From assembly GCA_963692915.1 (NCBI GenBank), contig OY843584.1, positions 1,184,001-1,248,000 on the forward strand: DNA of 64,000 nt, read 5' to 3'. The notes below the pieces were generated by a model. That model was given only the letters and a program-made list of their open reading frames with translations, did no database searches and was not told the origin of the DNA. Made by a program: the position numbers and the translations under genes. Below are positions 29,866 through 39,886 of this stretch, in pieces. Origin of the DNA: Cenarchaeum sp. Its GTDB lineage: Archaea > Thermoproteota > Nitrososphaeria > Nitrososphaerales > Nitrosopumilaceae. Every line of letters begins with the position of its first letter. Within the stretch, counting starts at the first letter, position 1.

Positions 29866-30054
29866 CTACTTTAGTGCGCGAGCCTTCCTTTTGACCGCGG
29901 TGAGCTCCTCACGAAGATGCCTCTTTAGGAGACGTTCGTGTGCCTTTTTGTGGGCACGGAACGCCTTCATCAGGGTCCTGCTGGAGCCAGCCCGCTTGGC
30001 CGCCGCATTGTACCGTTTGTGTATCGCGGCGACCTGGCCAGTGTAGCTTGCCAT
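29866..30054 (-). CDS. Small basic helical protein (62 aa)
   Basis: Lys/Arg/His-rich ORF with coding-like codon usage. Confidence 0.6.
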   Translation of the reverse strand: MASYTGQVAAIHKRYNAAAKRAGSSRTLMKAFRAHKKAHERLLKRHLREELTAVKRKARALK

Positions 30055-30212
30055 GGATCGCGTGTGAGACCATTTCGGATAAAAATGTAGAATTGAGCAA
30101 AATCGACCCTGGGCAAATTAAAGCTGACTAGATGTAGGTTTCGTGACCGTGCCGATGGCAGTATTGCGCGCCTCACGACACACCAATATGTCCACGCAAG
30201 TGGGACTGCTGC

Positions 30213-32714
30213 ATGGCCTATGACTGTCCGGCATGCGGAGACGAGCTCAGCATTCATCGTTCTGCCAACGGCGCGATAGTCACGTGCGATGCGTGCGGCC
30301 TGGAGGAGACCATCTCGCCGGCGGGCCGCGATGACGAGATATACCTAGATGTCTGCGTTCGCCATGACGAGGGCAAGACGGGCAAGCGAGAGGACGACTG
30401 GCGAGGTCGTGCCGAGGGTACCGGTGAGGCCAGGGATCACGCCGAGATTGACTCGATGATCGGCGATGCTGACCCGCCCGATGAGGTCAGGAAAGCGCTA
30501 CACTCACGGCGCGCGTACCTTGCGCAGTACAGGCTGATGACCCAGGAGGATCCCGCGGCCGGATCTGACGTTGGCGAATCTGGCATTGACGTGCGCATCG
30601 CCGAGCGCGTGCGAGAGCGTGGGATAGGGACGTTCCACCAGTACCAGTCTGAGGCCATAGACCGCATACTGCGCGGCCGGAGCGTCGTCATAGAGGCGCC
30701 GACGGCATTTGGCAAGACTGAGGCGTTCCTTGTCCCCATTGCACACCTTGCCGCCTCGATGAACCGTGGCGCGATTCGCGCGATATTCGTCTATCCCACA
30801 AAGGCCCTTGCGCGCGACCAGCTCCCAAAGGTCTCATCCATTGCAGTGGCAGCCGGAATGCGCGCGGCAATATTTGACGGTGACGCAAATGACGCCGAGC
30901 GCAAGGCGATCATTGCAGATCCACCCGAGATGCTAATTACTAACTTTGACCTCCTCCACCACCAGATGTTCCGTCACGGGGGTCTGGCGGATCTCCTGCG
31001 CACGGCAAGATTTCTCGTAGTCGATGAGGCTCATGAGTACACTGGCGTGTTCGGCTCCAACGTGCACCACATTATCGCGCGCCTAAAGAGGCTGACCGGT
31101 CCCCTCCAATGCGTTGCCGCATCGGCAACGCTGAGCAACTCGCAAGAGTTTTGCTCGAGCCTCTTTGGCCAAGAGATGGACGTCGTCGTTGGGAAGGGGC
31201 GTCGTGCCGCAGTCGACTTTGCGATCATGGGCTCCGTCAGGATTCCAAAGCGCCGACTCATGGTCAGCCTCGCAAAGAGGATGAAATCGGCACGGCGCAA
31301 GACGATGATATTTGGCAACTCGCACCGCAACACCGAGCTAGTCGGAGCCGAGGCCGCAAACAGGATAAAGATAGACATACATCGCGGAGGCATGGACGCC
31401 GGGCGACTACGTGACATCGAGGCGAGGTTTCGCACCGGCGAGCTTGACGCGATTTCGTGCACGTCAACGCTCGAGCTCGGCGTCGACATTGGCGATGTCG
31501 ACTGTGTCATATCCGAGGCGATCCCCTTTAGGAGGTTTATGCAGAGGATAGGCAGGGCGGGGCGCTCAGGCAGGCGCGGGTGCGCGTTCCTTGTCCTCGG
31601 GGCTGACCCAATATCGCAATACTATATGGCGCACCCCGAGGACTATGAGCAAGACGAGGAGACGCCTCACATTGATGCCTCAAACGTGTATGTCGAGGAG
31701 CACCAAACGGCGGCGATGGCCTCGGACATGGCGCTCACGAACGCCGAGGAGGAGGCGTTCGGCGGGGCGATAGGGCGCTGCATAAAGGACGGGCTGCTCG
31801 GGCGCACCAGAGGAGCGCTCCACCTGACTGCCAAGGGGATGCGCAAGCTCGGGCGCGAGTACAGCATTCGCGGGATCGGCGGCTCGGTCACGATACACAT
31901 GGGAGGAAGAAGGGTCGGCCACCGCGAGATGCCGATCGCGCTAACGGAGCTGCACACGGATGCGGTATACATGATGGGCGGCAGGTCACATGTGGTCAAG
32001 CGCCTCGGCTACCCGCACTCGTGGCGCGCCGAGATAGAGCCGCTCCCGCAGGGCACAACGTCACAGACCAGGGCAATAAGCGAGGACTGGCCCACGGTGA
32101 CCGGCATGATCGAGTCACGCAGGTGCTTTGGCGCAGAGATCGAGTTTTGCGACCTTGTCATAAAAAAGGTCGTCACCGGATACGCGGTCCTAGACAGCGC
32201 AGATGCTCCAGAGGGCGAGAGGGTCAGCCTGCCAAAGCCCCTGTCCTACACGTTCCCCACAAAGGGCATCAGGTTCTGCGCGCCGCTCCCCAACACGGCC
32301 ATGAAGTCAGGTGCCGACTCGGAGGGCATTGTGGCCGGCTCGTACCATGCGGCCGAGCACGTCATCATAGAGGGAAGCCGCATGGTGACGGGCGCCTCGC
32401 CGACTGACCTTGGCGGCATGTCGATGGGCTCATCGGGGATGATCTACGTGTATGACGGCGCAGTCGGCGGGAGCGGCGCGAGCAGGGCGCTCTATGATCG
32501 CATGGAGCGCGCAGTCGTGCGCGCGCGCGACATTGTCGCCGGATGCCCGTGTGAGACCGTCTCCGGATGCCCGCGCTGCACGCTCTCGTACAGGTGCGGC
32601 AACAACAACCAGTGCCTCCACAAGGCCGGCGCGCTAGAGTCACTCGCCAGTATGGCCGATGGCGAGAAGACAAGCGTGTTTAACACCGACGCGTCTAGCC
32701 GACCCATAGTCTAG
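30213..32714 (+). CDS. DEAH-box helicase with DUF1998 (Hrq1/YprA family) and N-terminal zinc ribbon
   Basis: APTAFGKT, YPTKALARDQ, DEAH, SAT, QRIGRAGR, C-terminal CPC..GCPRC. Confidence 0.92.
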   Translation: MAYDCPACGDELSIHRSANGAIVTCDACGLEETISPAGRDDEIYLDVCVRHDEGKTGKREDDWRGRAEGTGEARDHAEIDSMIGDADPPDEVRKALHSRRAYLAQYRLMTQEDPAAGSDVGESGIDVRIAERVRERGIGTFHQYQSEAIDRILRGRSVVIEAPTAFGKTEAFLVPIAHLAASMNRGAIRAIFVYPTKALARDQLPKVSSIAVAAGMRAAIFDGDANDAERKAIIADPPEMLITNFDLLHHQMFRHGGLADLLRTARFLVVDEAHEYTGVFGSNVHHIIARLKRLTGPLQCVAASATLSNSQEFCSSLFGQEMDVVVGKGRRAAVDFAIMGSVRIPKRRLMVSLAKRMKSARRKTMIFGNSHRNTELVGAEAANRIKIDIHRGGMDAGRLRDIEARFRTGELDAISCTSTLELGVDIGDVDCVISEAIPFRRFMQRIGRAGRSGRRGCAFLVLGADPISQYYMAHPEDYEQDEETPHIDASNVYVEEHQTAAMASDMALTNAEEEAFGGAIGRCIKDGLLGRTRGALHLTAKGMRKLGREYSIRGIGGSVTIHMGGRRVGHREMPIALTELHTDAVYMMGGRSHVVKRLGYPHSWRAEIEPLPQGTTSQTRAISEDWPTVTGMIESRRCFGAEIEFCDLVIKKVVTGYAVLDSADAPEGERVSLPKPLSYTFPTKGIRFCAPLPNTAMKSGADSEGIVAGSYHAAEHVIIEGSRMVTGASPTDLGGMSMGSSGMIYVYDGAVGGSGASRALYDRMERAVVRARDIVAGCPCETVSGCPRCTLSYRCGNNNQCLHKAGALESLASMADGEKTSVFNTDASSRPIV

Positions 32715-32735
32715 TGTGTTACGCCCTAGCGTGCC

Positions 32736-34982
32736 CTAACGAAGCTCGAGTGGTATCTTTGTCACATAGTTATTCCCGTCAACCGGCGAGCGCGTGATGG
32801 CCGAGTCAGAGACCGTGTAGAGGCTCTGCCCTATGTAGAGCGACCTCGCAAAGTCAGTCTCCGTGTCATATGTATAGTCGTGGCCGATGGACTGCATGAG
32901 GTCAAAGCCTGACTGCCCTATCCCGTACACGAGAAACGTGAACGTGCCGGCCTCGTTCTCTGTCGCCGAGAGTGTCTGCTCTATGGGCAGTCGAAGGTTA
33001 TTTCCGCTTATCACGGGTATCGACATTATGGCATGCTCGCGCGAGACGAGGAGTGCCTTGTGCTCGTGCTCGGCCTGTGACCATGTCTCCCACGATCCCA
33101 GGACGATCGAGTCGGCCAGGCTCGGCTTCCGGATGTCAGATATGTCAAACATTGCTATCTTTAGGCCCTCCTCGCGGCCGATCCCGATCACCGTGGACTC
33201 GTCATAAAAATGCAGATAGTCCGAATAGCCCGGCATCTTTAGCTCTCCGAGTATCTCGGGATCATCACCGGACAGGTCGATGACAAAGAACGGGTCTATC
33301 TGCCTGAACGTCACGAGATACAGCCTGTCGCCGACAAAGCGCGCAGAATAGATGTCCTCGTCAGGCGCAATCCCCGTGAGCGCGCCGGTGGGCTCGAGTG
33401 CCGAGTCGAGGACAAAGACGTTGTTGAACGTGTTGAGGCGCCCGTTGACCGTAGTCGCCACGCGAAGCTCGCCTTTGTGCTCGTCCATCGAGAACTGGTT
33501 GAGCATGTGGCCGGGCACCGTACCTCGCGCGGCGAGGTCAAAGTCCACGCCATCGATGCCGATGCGGTATATCTCGGTGGCCTCACTCGCAAGTCCCAGG
33601 TCCGTGGCGATCTTTGAGAGCTCCTGCGTTGCGGCCACGTCAATGCCCGCGCGTGCCGCCGCGCCGCCCCTGGCGTACGACTCGAGAATGTCGCCGAGGA
33701 GCAAGACGACTGCCTCCTCGTCTCCCTCGGTCACGGCGTCCAGCCTCAATGCCAGATCGTCCCTGTCTGGCTCGTTGAGCAGGTCGATTATCGAGCCGAG
33801 GAGCTGTGAGACGATATAGAACGCGGCCCACTCGTCGGTCCCGTGCGGCGATGCCGTCAGGTAAAGGCTCGTGTGCGACATGAACGTCGTAGACCTGGGA
33901 TCCATGACAAACGCCACCGAGTTTGCCTCGTCTGAGCCGATGTCAAATGCCATGACGGTGACTAGGTGCGGCGGATAGTCAGCAATCCCGTCCTCGTCAG
34001 CCGGCATGTACACGGGCGTCTTTTGGACGGTCCGGCCGTCAAGAAGGAGCGCCGGCACTGCGGGGTCGTCATAGTTGGGCATCTTTGAGGCCACGACGTA
34101 CGCGTGGTCGCCGATCATGCGGCCAGTCTCTAGCCTGCCGGGGATCGTGAACTCGCGCACGGGCTCGGGGGAGCCCCTGTCAGACACGTCGAGGACGAGC
34201 GCGTGGGTCGTATAGTCGTCAATGCCGCCGGCCTGGTTGAACACGGAGAGAAAGTACAGGATGACGAGGCGATCACCGTTCACGAGCATATCGTACTTTT
34301 GGACCAGTGGGGGCAAGTCGAGCTCCACTGTGGTCACGGCCCTGGCGGGGTTTGTCACCTGCGTGTCAACGATGGCTAGCGTGTTGTGCCTTAGCGCATA
34401 GATGTGCCTCCCGTCACTCTTTACAAAGTCCGGCTCGTCCACGCCGACAACCTGGACGTTTGTTGTCGAGTATTGTGGCGCGGAGGGTGAGCTCACCTTG
34501 GAGGATTGAAGGACGCCATCGCTCCAAGAGTCCTCATCAGAGGTATCAGCCATCATTTCAGCGCTATCTAAACCCCTAAACATGAAATCATCATGTATGT
34601 AATAATGTCCAAACCGCGGTTGCTCATAGGTGGACAGAAACTCCACATACTCGTCAAATGAGAGCCTCACCAGGTCAGCACCGTTGTCCGACGTGCCCAC
34701 GGTGCCTGGACGCGAGGTGGCGGCCGGATCGCGTGTGGGCGGCTCCTTTGCGGGCGTGGCGGGATCTGCGGGCGGCGTGGTCGATCCCATAGGATCCGTC
34801 GGCCGAGCAGGCGGCATGGCAGGCTCGCCGGCCGAAGGCGGCTCGACGGGGCGCGGCTGCGGCATCGCCGGTGTTGGCTGTGCGATGCCGGGCGCATCAG
34901 AGGCTGTAAGATAGATCGCCGAGCCGCCGATAATTGCAATTGCCACGAGTGCGGCCGCTAGCGCCGGGGCAGTTGAGGCCAT
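32736..34982 (-). CDS. Membrane-anchored beta-propeller domain protein
   Basis: N-terminal TM helix, Pro-rich linker, YSTTNVQV.GVDEPD.VK.DG, NQFSMDE, VTFRQIDP. Confidence 0.88.
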   Translation of the reverse strand: MASTAPALAAALVAIAIIGGSAIYLTASDAPGIAQPTPAMPQPRPVEPPSAGEPAMPPARPTDPMGSTTPPADPATPAKEPPTRDPAATSRPGTVGTSDNGADLVRLSFDEYVEFLSTYEQPRFGHYYIHDDFMFRGLDSAEMMADTSDEDSWSDGVLQSSKVSSPSAPQYSTTNVQVVGVDEPDFVKSDGRHIYALRHNTLAIVDTQVTNPARAVTTVELDLPPLVQKYDMLVNGDRLVILYFLSVFNQAGGIDDYTTHALVLDVSDRGSPEPVREFTIPGRLETGRMIGDHAYVVASKMPNYDDPAVPALLLDGRTVQKTPVYMPADEDGIADYPPHLVTVMAFDIGSDEANSVAFVMDPRSTTFMSHTSLYLTASPHGTDEWAAFYIVSQLLGSIIDLLNEPDRDDLALRLDAVTEGDEEAVVLLLGDILESYARGGAAARAGIDVAATQELSKIATDLGLASEATEIYRIGIDGVDFDLAARGTVPGHMLNQFSMDEHKGELRVATTVNGRLNTFNNVFVLDSALEPTGALTGIAPDEDIYSARFVGDRLYLVTFRQIDPFFVIDLSGDDPEILGELKMPGYSDYLHFYDESTVIGIGREEGLKIAMFDISDIRKPSLADSIVLGSWETWSQAEHEHKALLVSREHAIMSIPVISGNNLRLPIEQTLSATENEAGTFTFLVYGIGQSGFDLMQSIGHDYTYDTETDFARSLYIGQSLYTVSDSAITRSPVDGNNYVTKIPLELR

Positions 34983-35153
34983 GTCACACTAGACTGCCCG
35001 AAACCTAATATACTTTATGTGACATCTGCGGTATGGCCGGTATCCGGCGCACCCTACATATTGAGGCCCGCAGCATGGCGCGCCGGCGGCGTGTCCGGTC
35101 ATCGTAAACCTCCTGCAAGTTGTTTCGTGGCAGGGCCGCTGCCAATGATAATT

Positions 35154-35228
35154 TGGAGGTGAGAGGGGGAGTCGAACCCCCTTGGATGGGCTTTGCAGGC
35201 CCACGCATAACCGCTCTGCCACCTCACC
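35154..35228 (-). tRNA. tRNA-Cys(GCA)
   Basis: GGTGAGG..GGGC-CTGCAAA-GCCC..GGTTCGACTCC..TCCA. Confidence 0.95.
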
Positions 35229-35262
35229 GGAGACCGGCGGTCATGTCCGGCAATTAAACGCT

Positions 35263-35478
35263 TTAGGAGGCAGGCCTAACTGAGAGGCGCACGTCCTCGG
35301 CCTTTACCGTTTTGCGCCGCGCGTGGCCGGCGAGCTCGACTGAACGGCGCGCCATGGCCACGGCATACTCTTCGGTCACGCGCCGGAGCTCCTCGGCGGA
35401 CTCGGCGCTCACGCGCTCGGCACCGGCCTTTTTGAGTATGCGGTACATTGGGGAGACCCCAATCTCTCGCGATGCCAT
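35263..35478 (-). CDS. Archaeal histone (HMf family)
   Basis: RILKKAGAERVS..A.HARRKTVKAED. Confidence 0.93.
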   Translation of the reverse strand: MASREIGVSPMYRILKKAGAERVSAESAEELRRVTEEYAVAMARRSVELAGHARRKTVKAEDVRLSVRPAS

Positions 35479-35573
35479 AATATCATGTGAGCGTGCGGCC
35501 GATAAAAGGCCGCGGATGAAAAAATATGACGGTGTGCACGATTATTGCAGACTATTTAGGGCGGGGGCACGGC

Positions 35574-36365
35574 ATGGCGCGCATGGGCGGCCACGGCGAG
35601 AGCCTCGCGCCGAAGGTGGCCACGGCGGCCATCTATGACACGCATATCCACCTAGCCGATGCCGCATATGGCCCATACGCCCACAGCCTCACAGCAAGCA
35701 TGGATGCGCTCGACATTGCGGCATTCTGCGTCTCGACTACGGCGGCCGACTCGGCACTTAGCGCAGAGCTGGCAGCGCGCAGTAGGCGCATCGTCGCCTT
35801 TGCAGGGATACACCCGGACGGAGCCGACGGGGACATCGAGCCTGTCGCCGGCCTCGTCGAGTCTGGCCGTGTCAAAGGCATTGGCGAGATCGGCCTCGAT
35901 CCGACGGTGACTGACGAGCGCGGGTACAGGCGGCAGCGCGAGGTCTTCGCCTCCATGCTCTCGCTCGCCGAGGCCAACGGGCTGCCGGCCTCAATACACT
36001 CGCGCCGCTCAGTCGATGACGTTCTTGACACGCTCTCGTCATACAGCGTACGCGCCGCGCTCCACTGGTTTGACGGCAACAGGCGGCAGCTCGCGCGCGC
36101 CATGGACATGGGCGTCTATGTCTCCTATGGGCCTGTCTGCGTCTATGCGGCCGACAAGCGATCGCTCATTGCGCGCACAAGACCCGAGATGCTTCTCGCC
36201 GAGACTGACGGGCCGGTTCGCTTTTCGAGGTGCTTTGCGGGGAGGGCCGCACAGCCGTGTCACATCCCAAGTGTCGTTCTCTGCATGGCCCGATCACGCC
36301 GAACGAGCTATGGCGAGATGCGCCGCACGCTCGCGGCCAACTCGCGGCGCTACCTCGGAATATAG
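35574..36365 (+). CDS. tatD: TatD family nuclease
   Basis: DTHIH, GIHP, IGEIGLD, HSR, ETDGP. Confidence 0.9.
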   Translation: MARMGGHGESLAPKVATAAIYDTHIHLADAAYGPYAHSLTASMDALDIAAFCVSTTAADSALSAELAARSRRIVAFAGIHPDGADGDIEPVAGLVESGRVKGIGEIGLDPTVTDERGYRRQREVFASMLSLAEANGLPASIHSRRSVDDVLDTLSSYSVRAALHWFDGNRRQLARAMDMGVYVSYGPVCVYAADKRSLIARTRPEMLLAETDGPVRFSRCFAGRAAQPCHIPSVVLCMARSRRTSYGEMRRTLAANSRRYLGI

Positions 36366-36397
36366 GTATAAAACACCCCGTGCTGCAGTGCGCATTC

Positions 36398-36823
36398 GTG
36401 AACCGGATAAAGCGATACACCGAGCAGGTCTTCGCCGAGCACAAGGCCGAGTTTGGCCTCGACTTTGCCGAGAACCGCAAGGCCCTAAAGGCCATAGCGA
36501 TAGTCAGGTCAAAGGAGCTACAGAACGAGATAGCCGGATACATCACAAGAACGCTAAAGCGCGAAAAGCACGAGATAGAGGAGCGCCGGAGGCGTGCTGC
36601 AGCAGACGCAGCCCAAGAACAGGCCGCCGCAGAGGCCGAGTCAAAGCCCGAGGAGCCCGAGGCGGCAGTCGAGTCAGCAGACGGCAAGGCATTCACCGAC
36701 GGTGCCGCAACAGTAAAGCAGTTAGACGGCGAGGTCGCCGGGACAGCCATGCCAGACGAGGCCGACGCGGAGGCCGCAGAGGCTTCCGCCGTGCTCGGGG
36801 CTGCCGACGCCGAGTCACGCTAG
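36398..36823 (+). CDS. rps17e: 30S ribosomal protein S17e with acidic tail
   Basis: NRIKR..F..DF.EN, SKELQNEIAGYIT; GTG start. Confidence 0.9.
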   Translation: MNRIKRYTEQVFAEHKAEFGLDFAENRKALKAIAIVRSKELQNEIAGYITRTLKREKHEIEERRRRAAADAAQEQAAAEAESKPEEPEAAVESADGKAFTDGAATVKQLDGEVAGTAMPDEADAEAAEASAVLGAADAESR

Positions 36824-36837
36824 GACGCAGGTTTGCG

Positions 36838-37590
36838 TTGATAGCGATCGAGCTCCTAGGCGGTGCGCGCAAGTCATTTCCAGACGGTCCACCGCAGATT
36901 AGCGGCGATGCGAACAGCCTAGATGAAGCGCTAAGGCGCATCTGCGCCGCGGTTCCAAAAGGTGCGCCGCCACTTGACCTAAAGAATTCCCTTGTCGCGC
37001 TCAACGGGGTCGACTCGTCAGCCCTGCCCGAGGCGAGCGTGCATGACGGGGACACTATAACGATAATACCTGTCGTTCACGGCGGACAGGAAACGCGTGC
37101 GACATCCGAGGTTCTCGTCGCAAGCCTAGGCCGCGGTGTGGTGGCCGACAGTGCGCTCGTCGACTCGCTGCGCGCCGAGTTTCCTCGCATCGCCATACAG
37201 ATCCTCCGGCGCAAGTTCGTCCTTGGTCCATCGCACGCCAGGCGCATAGCCGGTGTCTCGGTTGCGGCCGCACGCAAGGATGCGCTCCTAGCCAAGAGGC
37301 TAGAGACGGATATTCTCATGAGGTTTGCCAACACGCACCAGATATCACAGGCGATCAGCCGCGTTGGTGCCCGGCGAGGCGAGGGCGCGATCCTCGTCGC
37401 AGTCGGCTCGCGCTTTCAGCTCGGCAGGCTAGAGTCGCGCGCCAAACCGCTCCTGAAGAACTCTGCCGGATACGGCTCCGAGCCAGCCCTCCGACGCGAG
37501 CTTGGCATAACGGCCACGCATATCCGCGCAGTCGACTCGCGCCATGCCCTTGAGGACATACTAGTCGAGCGCGCCGCCGTCCTCCTCTGA
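36838..37590 (+). CDS. Ubiquitin-like (MoaD/ThiS/SAMP) domain fused to KEOPS Cgi121-like domain
   Basis: LVALNGVD..DGDTITIIPVVHGG, then LETDILMRFANTHQISQAI..VG; TTG start. Confidence 0.85.
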   Translation: MIAIELLGGARKSFPDGPPQISGDANSLDEALRRICAAVPKGAPPLDLKNSLVALNGVDSSALPEASVHDGDTITIIPVVHGGQETRATSEVLVASLGRGVVADSALVDSLRAEFPRIAIQILRRKFVLGPSHARRIAGVSVAAARKDALLAKRLETDILMRFANTHQISQAISRVGARRGEGAILVAVGSRFQLGRLESRAKPLLKNSAGYGSEPALRRELGITATHIRAVDSRHALEDILVERAAVLL

Positions 37591-38103
37591 GGCGGCCATC
37601 TTTTCATGCTGCACGCGAAGCACGCCGTCTGGCCTGATGACTGAGACGCCGGCGTTTGGCCCGAGGATCTCGACGAGGACGACCCAGTCAGGGCGGTCCA
37701 AGCACACTCGACGCTCGACTGCGTCGGCGACTGCGGTGATTATGGCGTCTCGCGACTCGCCCGAGTTGCGCTTTTCGAGCGTGATCCGGTATGTCTGCGA
37801 CTCGGGTATGCGCGAGGCGAGTCGACCGGCGGCCTCGGCGATGTCCTCGGCTCGCGCGCTAGTCGTGGCCTGAACCGGCATGACACGCATGACGTACCTG
37901 AATTCCCAAGGCTCCTCGGCGAGGCGCGCGCGCAGCGCCCCAATTGCCGCATCAGGGCCTAGCGATGTCTGCGCCGTCAGGATGCCGCGCATGTCAGTCG
38001 GCGAGGCCGACGCTCCACTGTCACCGCACGCGCCAAGGAGCGTGACGAGCTCGGCGCATGCGTCACGCTCAAAGTGCCTCGCGCATGTCGCTATTAGGTC
38101 CAA
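37561..38103 (-). CDS. Standalone THUMP domain protein
   Basis: TYRITLEKR, V.LDRPDWVVLVEILG. Confidence 0.85.
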   Translation of the reverse strand: MDLIATCARHFERDACAELVTLLGACGDSGASASPTDMRGILTAQTSLGPDAAIGALRARLAEEPWEFRYVMRVMPVQATTSARAEDIAEAAGRLASRIPESQTYRITLEKRNSGESRDAIITAVADAVERRVCLDRPDWVVLVEILGPNAGVSVIRPDGVLRVQHEKMAASEEDGGALD

Positions 38104-38720
38104 TACGCCTCCAGCTCGACAGTGCGCACGACGCCCTCTCTCAGAACCGTCGGGCGTCGCGCGCCGTCCAGGCGTATGACCGTAGAGGGGACCGGTCCAT
38201 CACCCACGACGCCGCCGTCAACGAGAACGTCAACTCCGTCAGTGCCCACAGAGTCCGGACTGGTCGCCGGGGTGTGACCCGCGACGTTTGCGCTAGTGCC
38301 GACTAGCGGGCCGCACGCCTCAAGTAGCGCGAGTGCGCAACGCGAGGATGGCACACGCACGGCGACTGTGCCGTCGCGCAGTCCCATTGTGTCGCGCAGG
38401 CTCGAGTTGGTCAGCGGCAGAACCATCGTGAGTGCGCCAGGCCAAAATGCGTCAGCAAGCCGACGCGCCAGCGCGTCTGGTGACGCAATCTCCCACGCCG
38501 ACGCGGCTGAGGCGCACAGGATCGGCATTGGTTTTGAGGGATCACGCGACTTTGCGGCGTACACGGCAGCTACTGCTGCAGCGTTGTGTGGGTCGCATCC
38601 GATTCCGTACACCGTGTCAGTCGGAAACGCCACGGTTCGCCCGTCACGCACGGCACGCGTGGCGGTATCGATTCCCCCTGCATCGCAGTTCACGCGCATC
38701 ATCGTGTCGGCGGGGCGCAC
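38094..38720 (-). CDS. sua5: Threonylcarbamoyl-AMP synthase (Sua5/TsaC)
   Basis: FPTDTVYGIG, K.R, FWPGALT, GTSAN. Confidence 0.93.
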   Translation of the reverse strand: MRPADTMMRVNCDAGGIDTATRAVRDGRTVAFPTDTVYGIGCDPHNAAAVAAVYAAKSRDPSKPMPILCASAASAWEIASPDALARRLADAFWPGALTMVLPLTNSSLRDTMGLRDGTVAVRVPSSRCALALLEACGPLVGTSANVAGHTPATSPDSVGTDGVDVLVDGGVVGDGPVPSTVIRLDGARRPTVLREGVVRTVELEAYWT

Positions 38721-38803
38721 TATGGGGCAATAATAGGCATGTGCGAAGAGCCTGCAGATCCACGTGTATGCGAGGCCATTCCCTGCCCCATCTAGAGCGT
38801 CGC

Positions 38804-39091
38804 CTAGAGGCTCAGTCCAAAGCCCTCGGCGAACTCGCTGAACGTCCTGTACGCGACGAGGAACTCGCGTCCAGAGTCGCTGATCTTGTACCTGTACGCG
38901 CCAGTCGGCGAGCCGCGCTCGAGGAGGCCATGCGAGACGAGGAGCGAGAGTATGCCTGTGAGGCGCGCGTGGGGGACATTGGCGTGGCGCGAGAGGCGCG
39001 TGACGGCCATGCCATGTGCGTCAATGACGTCATCCCTGGCCACTGTCAGAATGTCATTGACGATTCGGAGTTGTGTCCTGTGCTCACCCAT
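38804..39091 (-). CDS. Winged-helix transcription regulator
   Basis: HRT.L.I..DIL, L.RHAN, Y.IS..GREFL. Confidence 0.8.
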   Translation of the reverse strand: MGEHRTQLRIVNDILTVARDDVIDAHGMAVTRLSRHANVPHARLTGILSLLVSHGLLERGSPTGAYRYKISDSGREFLVAYRTFSEFAEGFGLSL

Positions 39092-39172
39092 GCCCTAGCG
39101 ACAGCGTCTTCGTATTGGGTAATATCATACGTCATATGCCATCCATTGAACCAACAGCACAAAAGTTATTGA

Positions 39173-39826
39173 CTAGATGCCTTGTGGGTCGTCCTGCCGC
39201 CGCGCGCGCATGCGCGCAAGCGGGATCTTGGATATGGGCACAAAGAGCGACAAGAGGCCGGCGATCTTTATGATGACTGAGGCGCCATAGAGTATTGAGG
39301 TCGGAAAGACAAGCGAGTACCATCCCAGAAACTCGCCGAGTGCGAGGAGCGCAAACCCGCATGCGACAAATATGGCGCCCCTGTTGCGCCGTTCCATATA
39401 GGTTAGCATCGTCTCGATCGCACCATAGACGAGGAGCACAAACGAGACGGACTTGAATATATGCTCGAGGTTGACATATGAGAGAAAGAGCGGGGGAAAG
39501 ATTACTATGGACCGCAGTGCTCTGTCACGCGGAAGAAACGACCGTATTCCATGCGAAAACGCGATAAAAAAGTATCCGGTCATCTGCATGCCGTTGCCGA
39601 GTGTCTGTGCCCACTTTGCTCCAGGCTCGCCCGGCGCGACGCCCATTGCTGCAGTGCCTGACCACACGACAAAAAACCCCGCACCTATCGCAAGGAACGC
39701 AATTGTCATGCGGAACATCGCAGGGCTTCCCGTGCCTCTGTACGCCATGTACGACATTGCGCCCACTGACATACCGACGACAAATCCCACGAGGTTTAAC
39801 GCGCTGTCTAGGAGTGCATCCAACAT
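39173..39826 (-). CDS. Multi-pass (about 7 TM) membrane protein
   Basis: Seven hydrophobic segments; internal repeat FLAIGAG / FALLALGE. Confidence 0.75.
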   Translation of the reverse strand: MLDALLDSALNLVGFVVGMSVGAMSYMAYRGTGSPAMFRMTIAFLAIGAGFFVVWSGTAAMGVAPGEPGAKWAQTLGNGMQMTGYFFIAFSHGIRSFLPRDRALRSIVIFPPLFLSYVNLEHIFKSVSFVLLVYGAIETMLTYMERRNRGAIFVACGFALLALGEFLGWYSLVFPTSILYGASVIIKIAGLLSLFVPISKIPLARMRARRQDDPQGI

Positions 39827-39886
39827 GCGCGGTGCGTGCGCATGCCATATTTAACAAGAGCGGGCAATCGCGGCGCGTGGGGGCCA

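Noticed and set aside
30213-32714. DISARM/Druantia defence system suggested by DUF1998 near a methyltransferase
   Set aside because: Single-chain Hrq1/YprA architecture, host-like GC and no partner genes.
35263-35478. Histone as a novelty
   Set aside because: HMf-type histones are already known in marine thaumarchaea.
36016-36837. 524-aa ORF extending the Ubl-Cgi121 gene
   Set aside because: Out-of-frame overlap with tatD and rps17e; Arg-rich junk typical of high-GC DNA.
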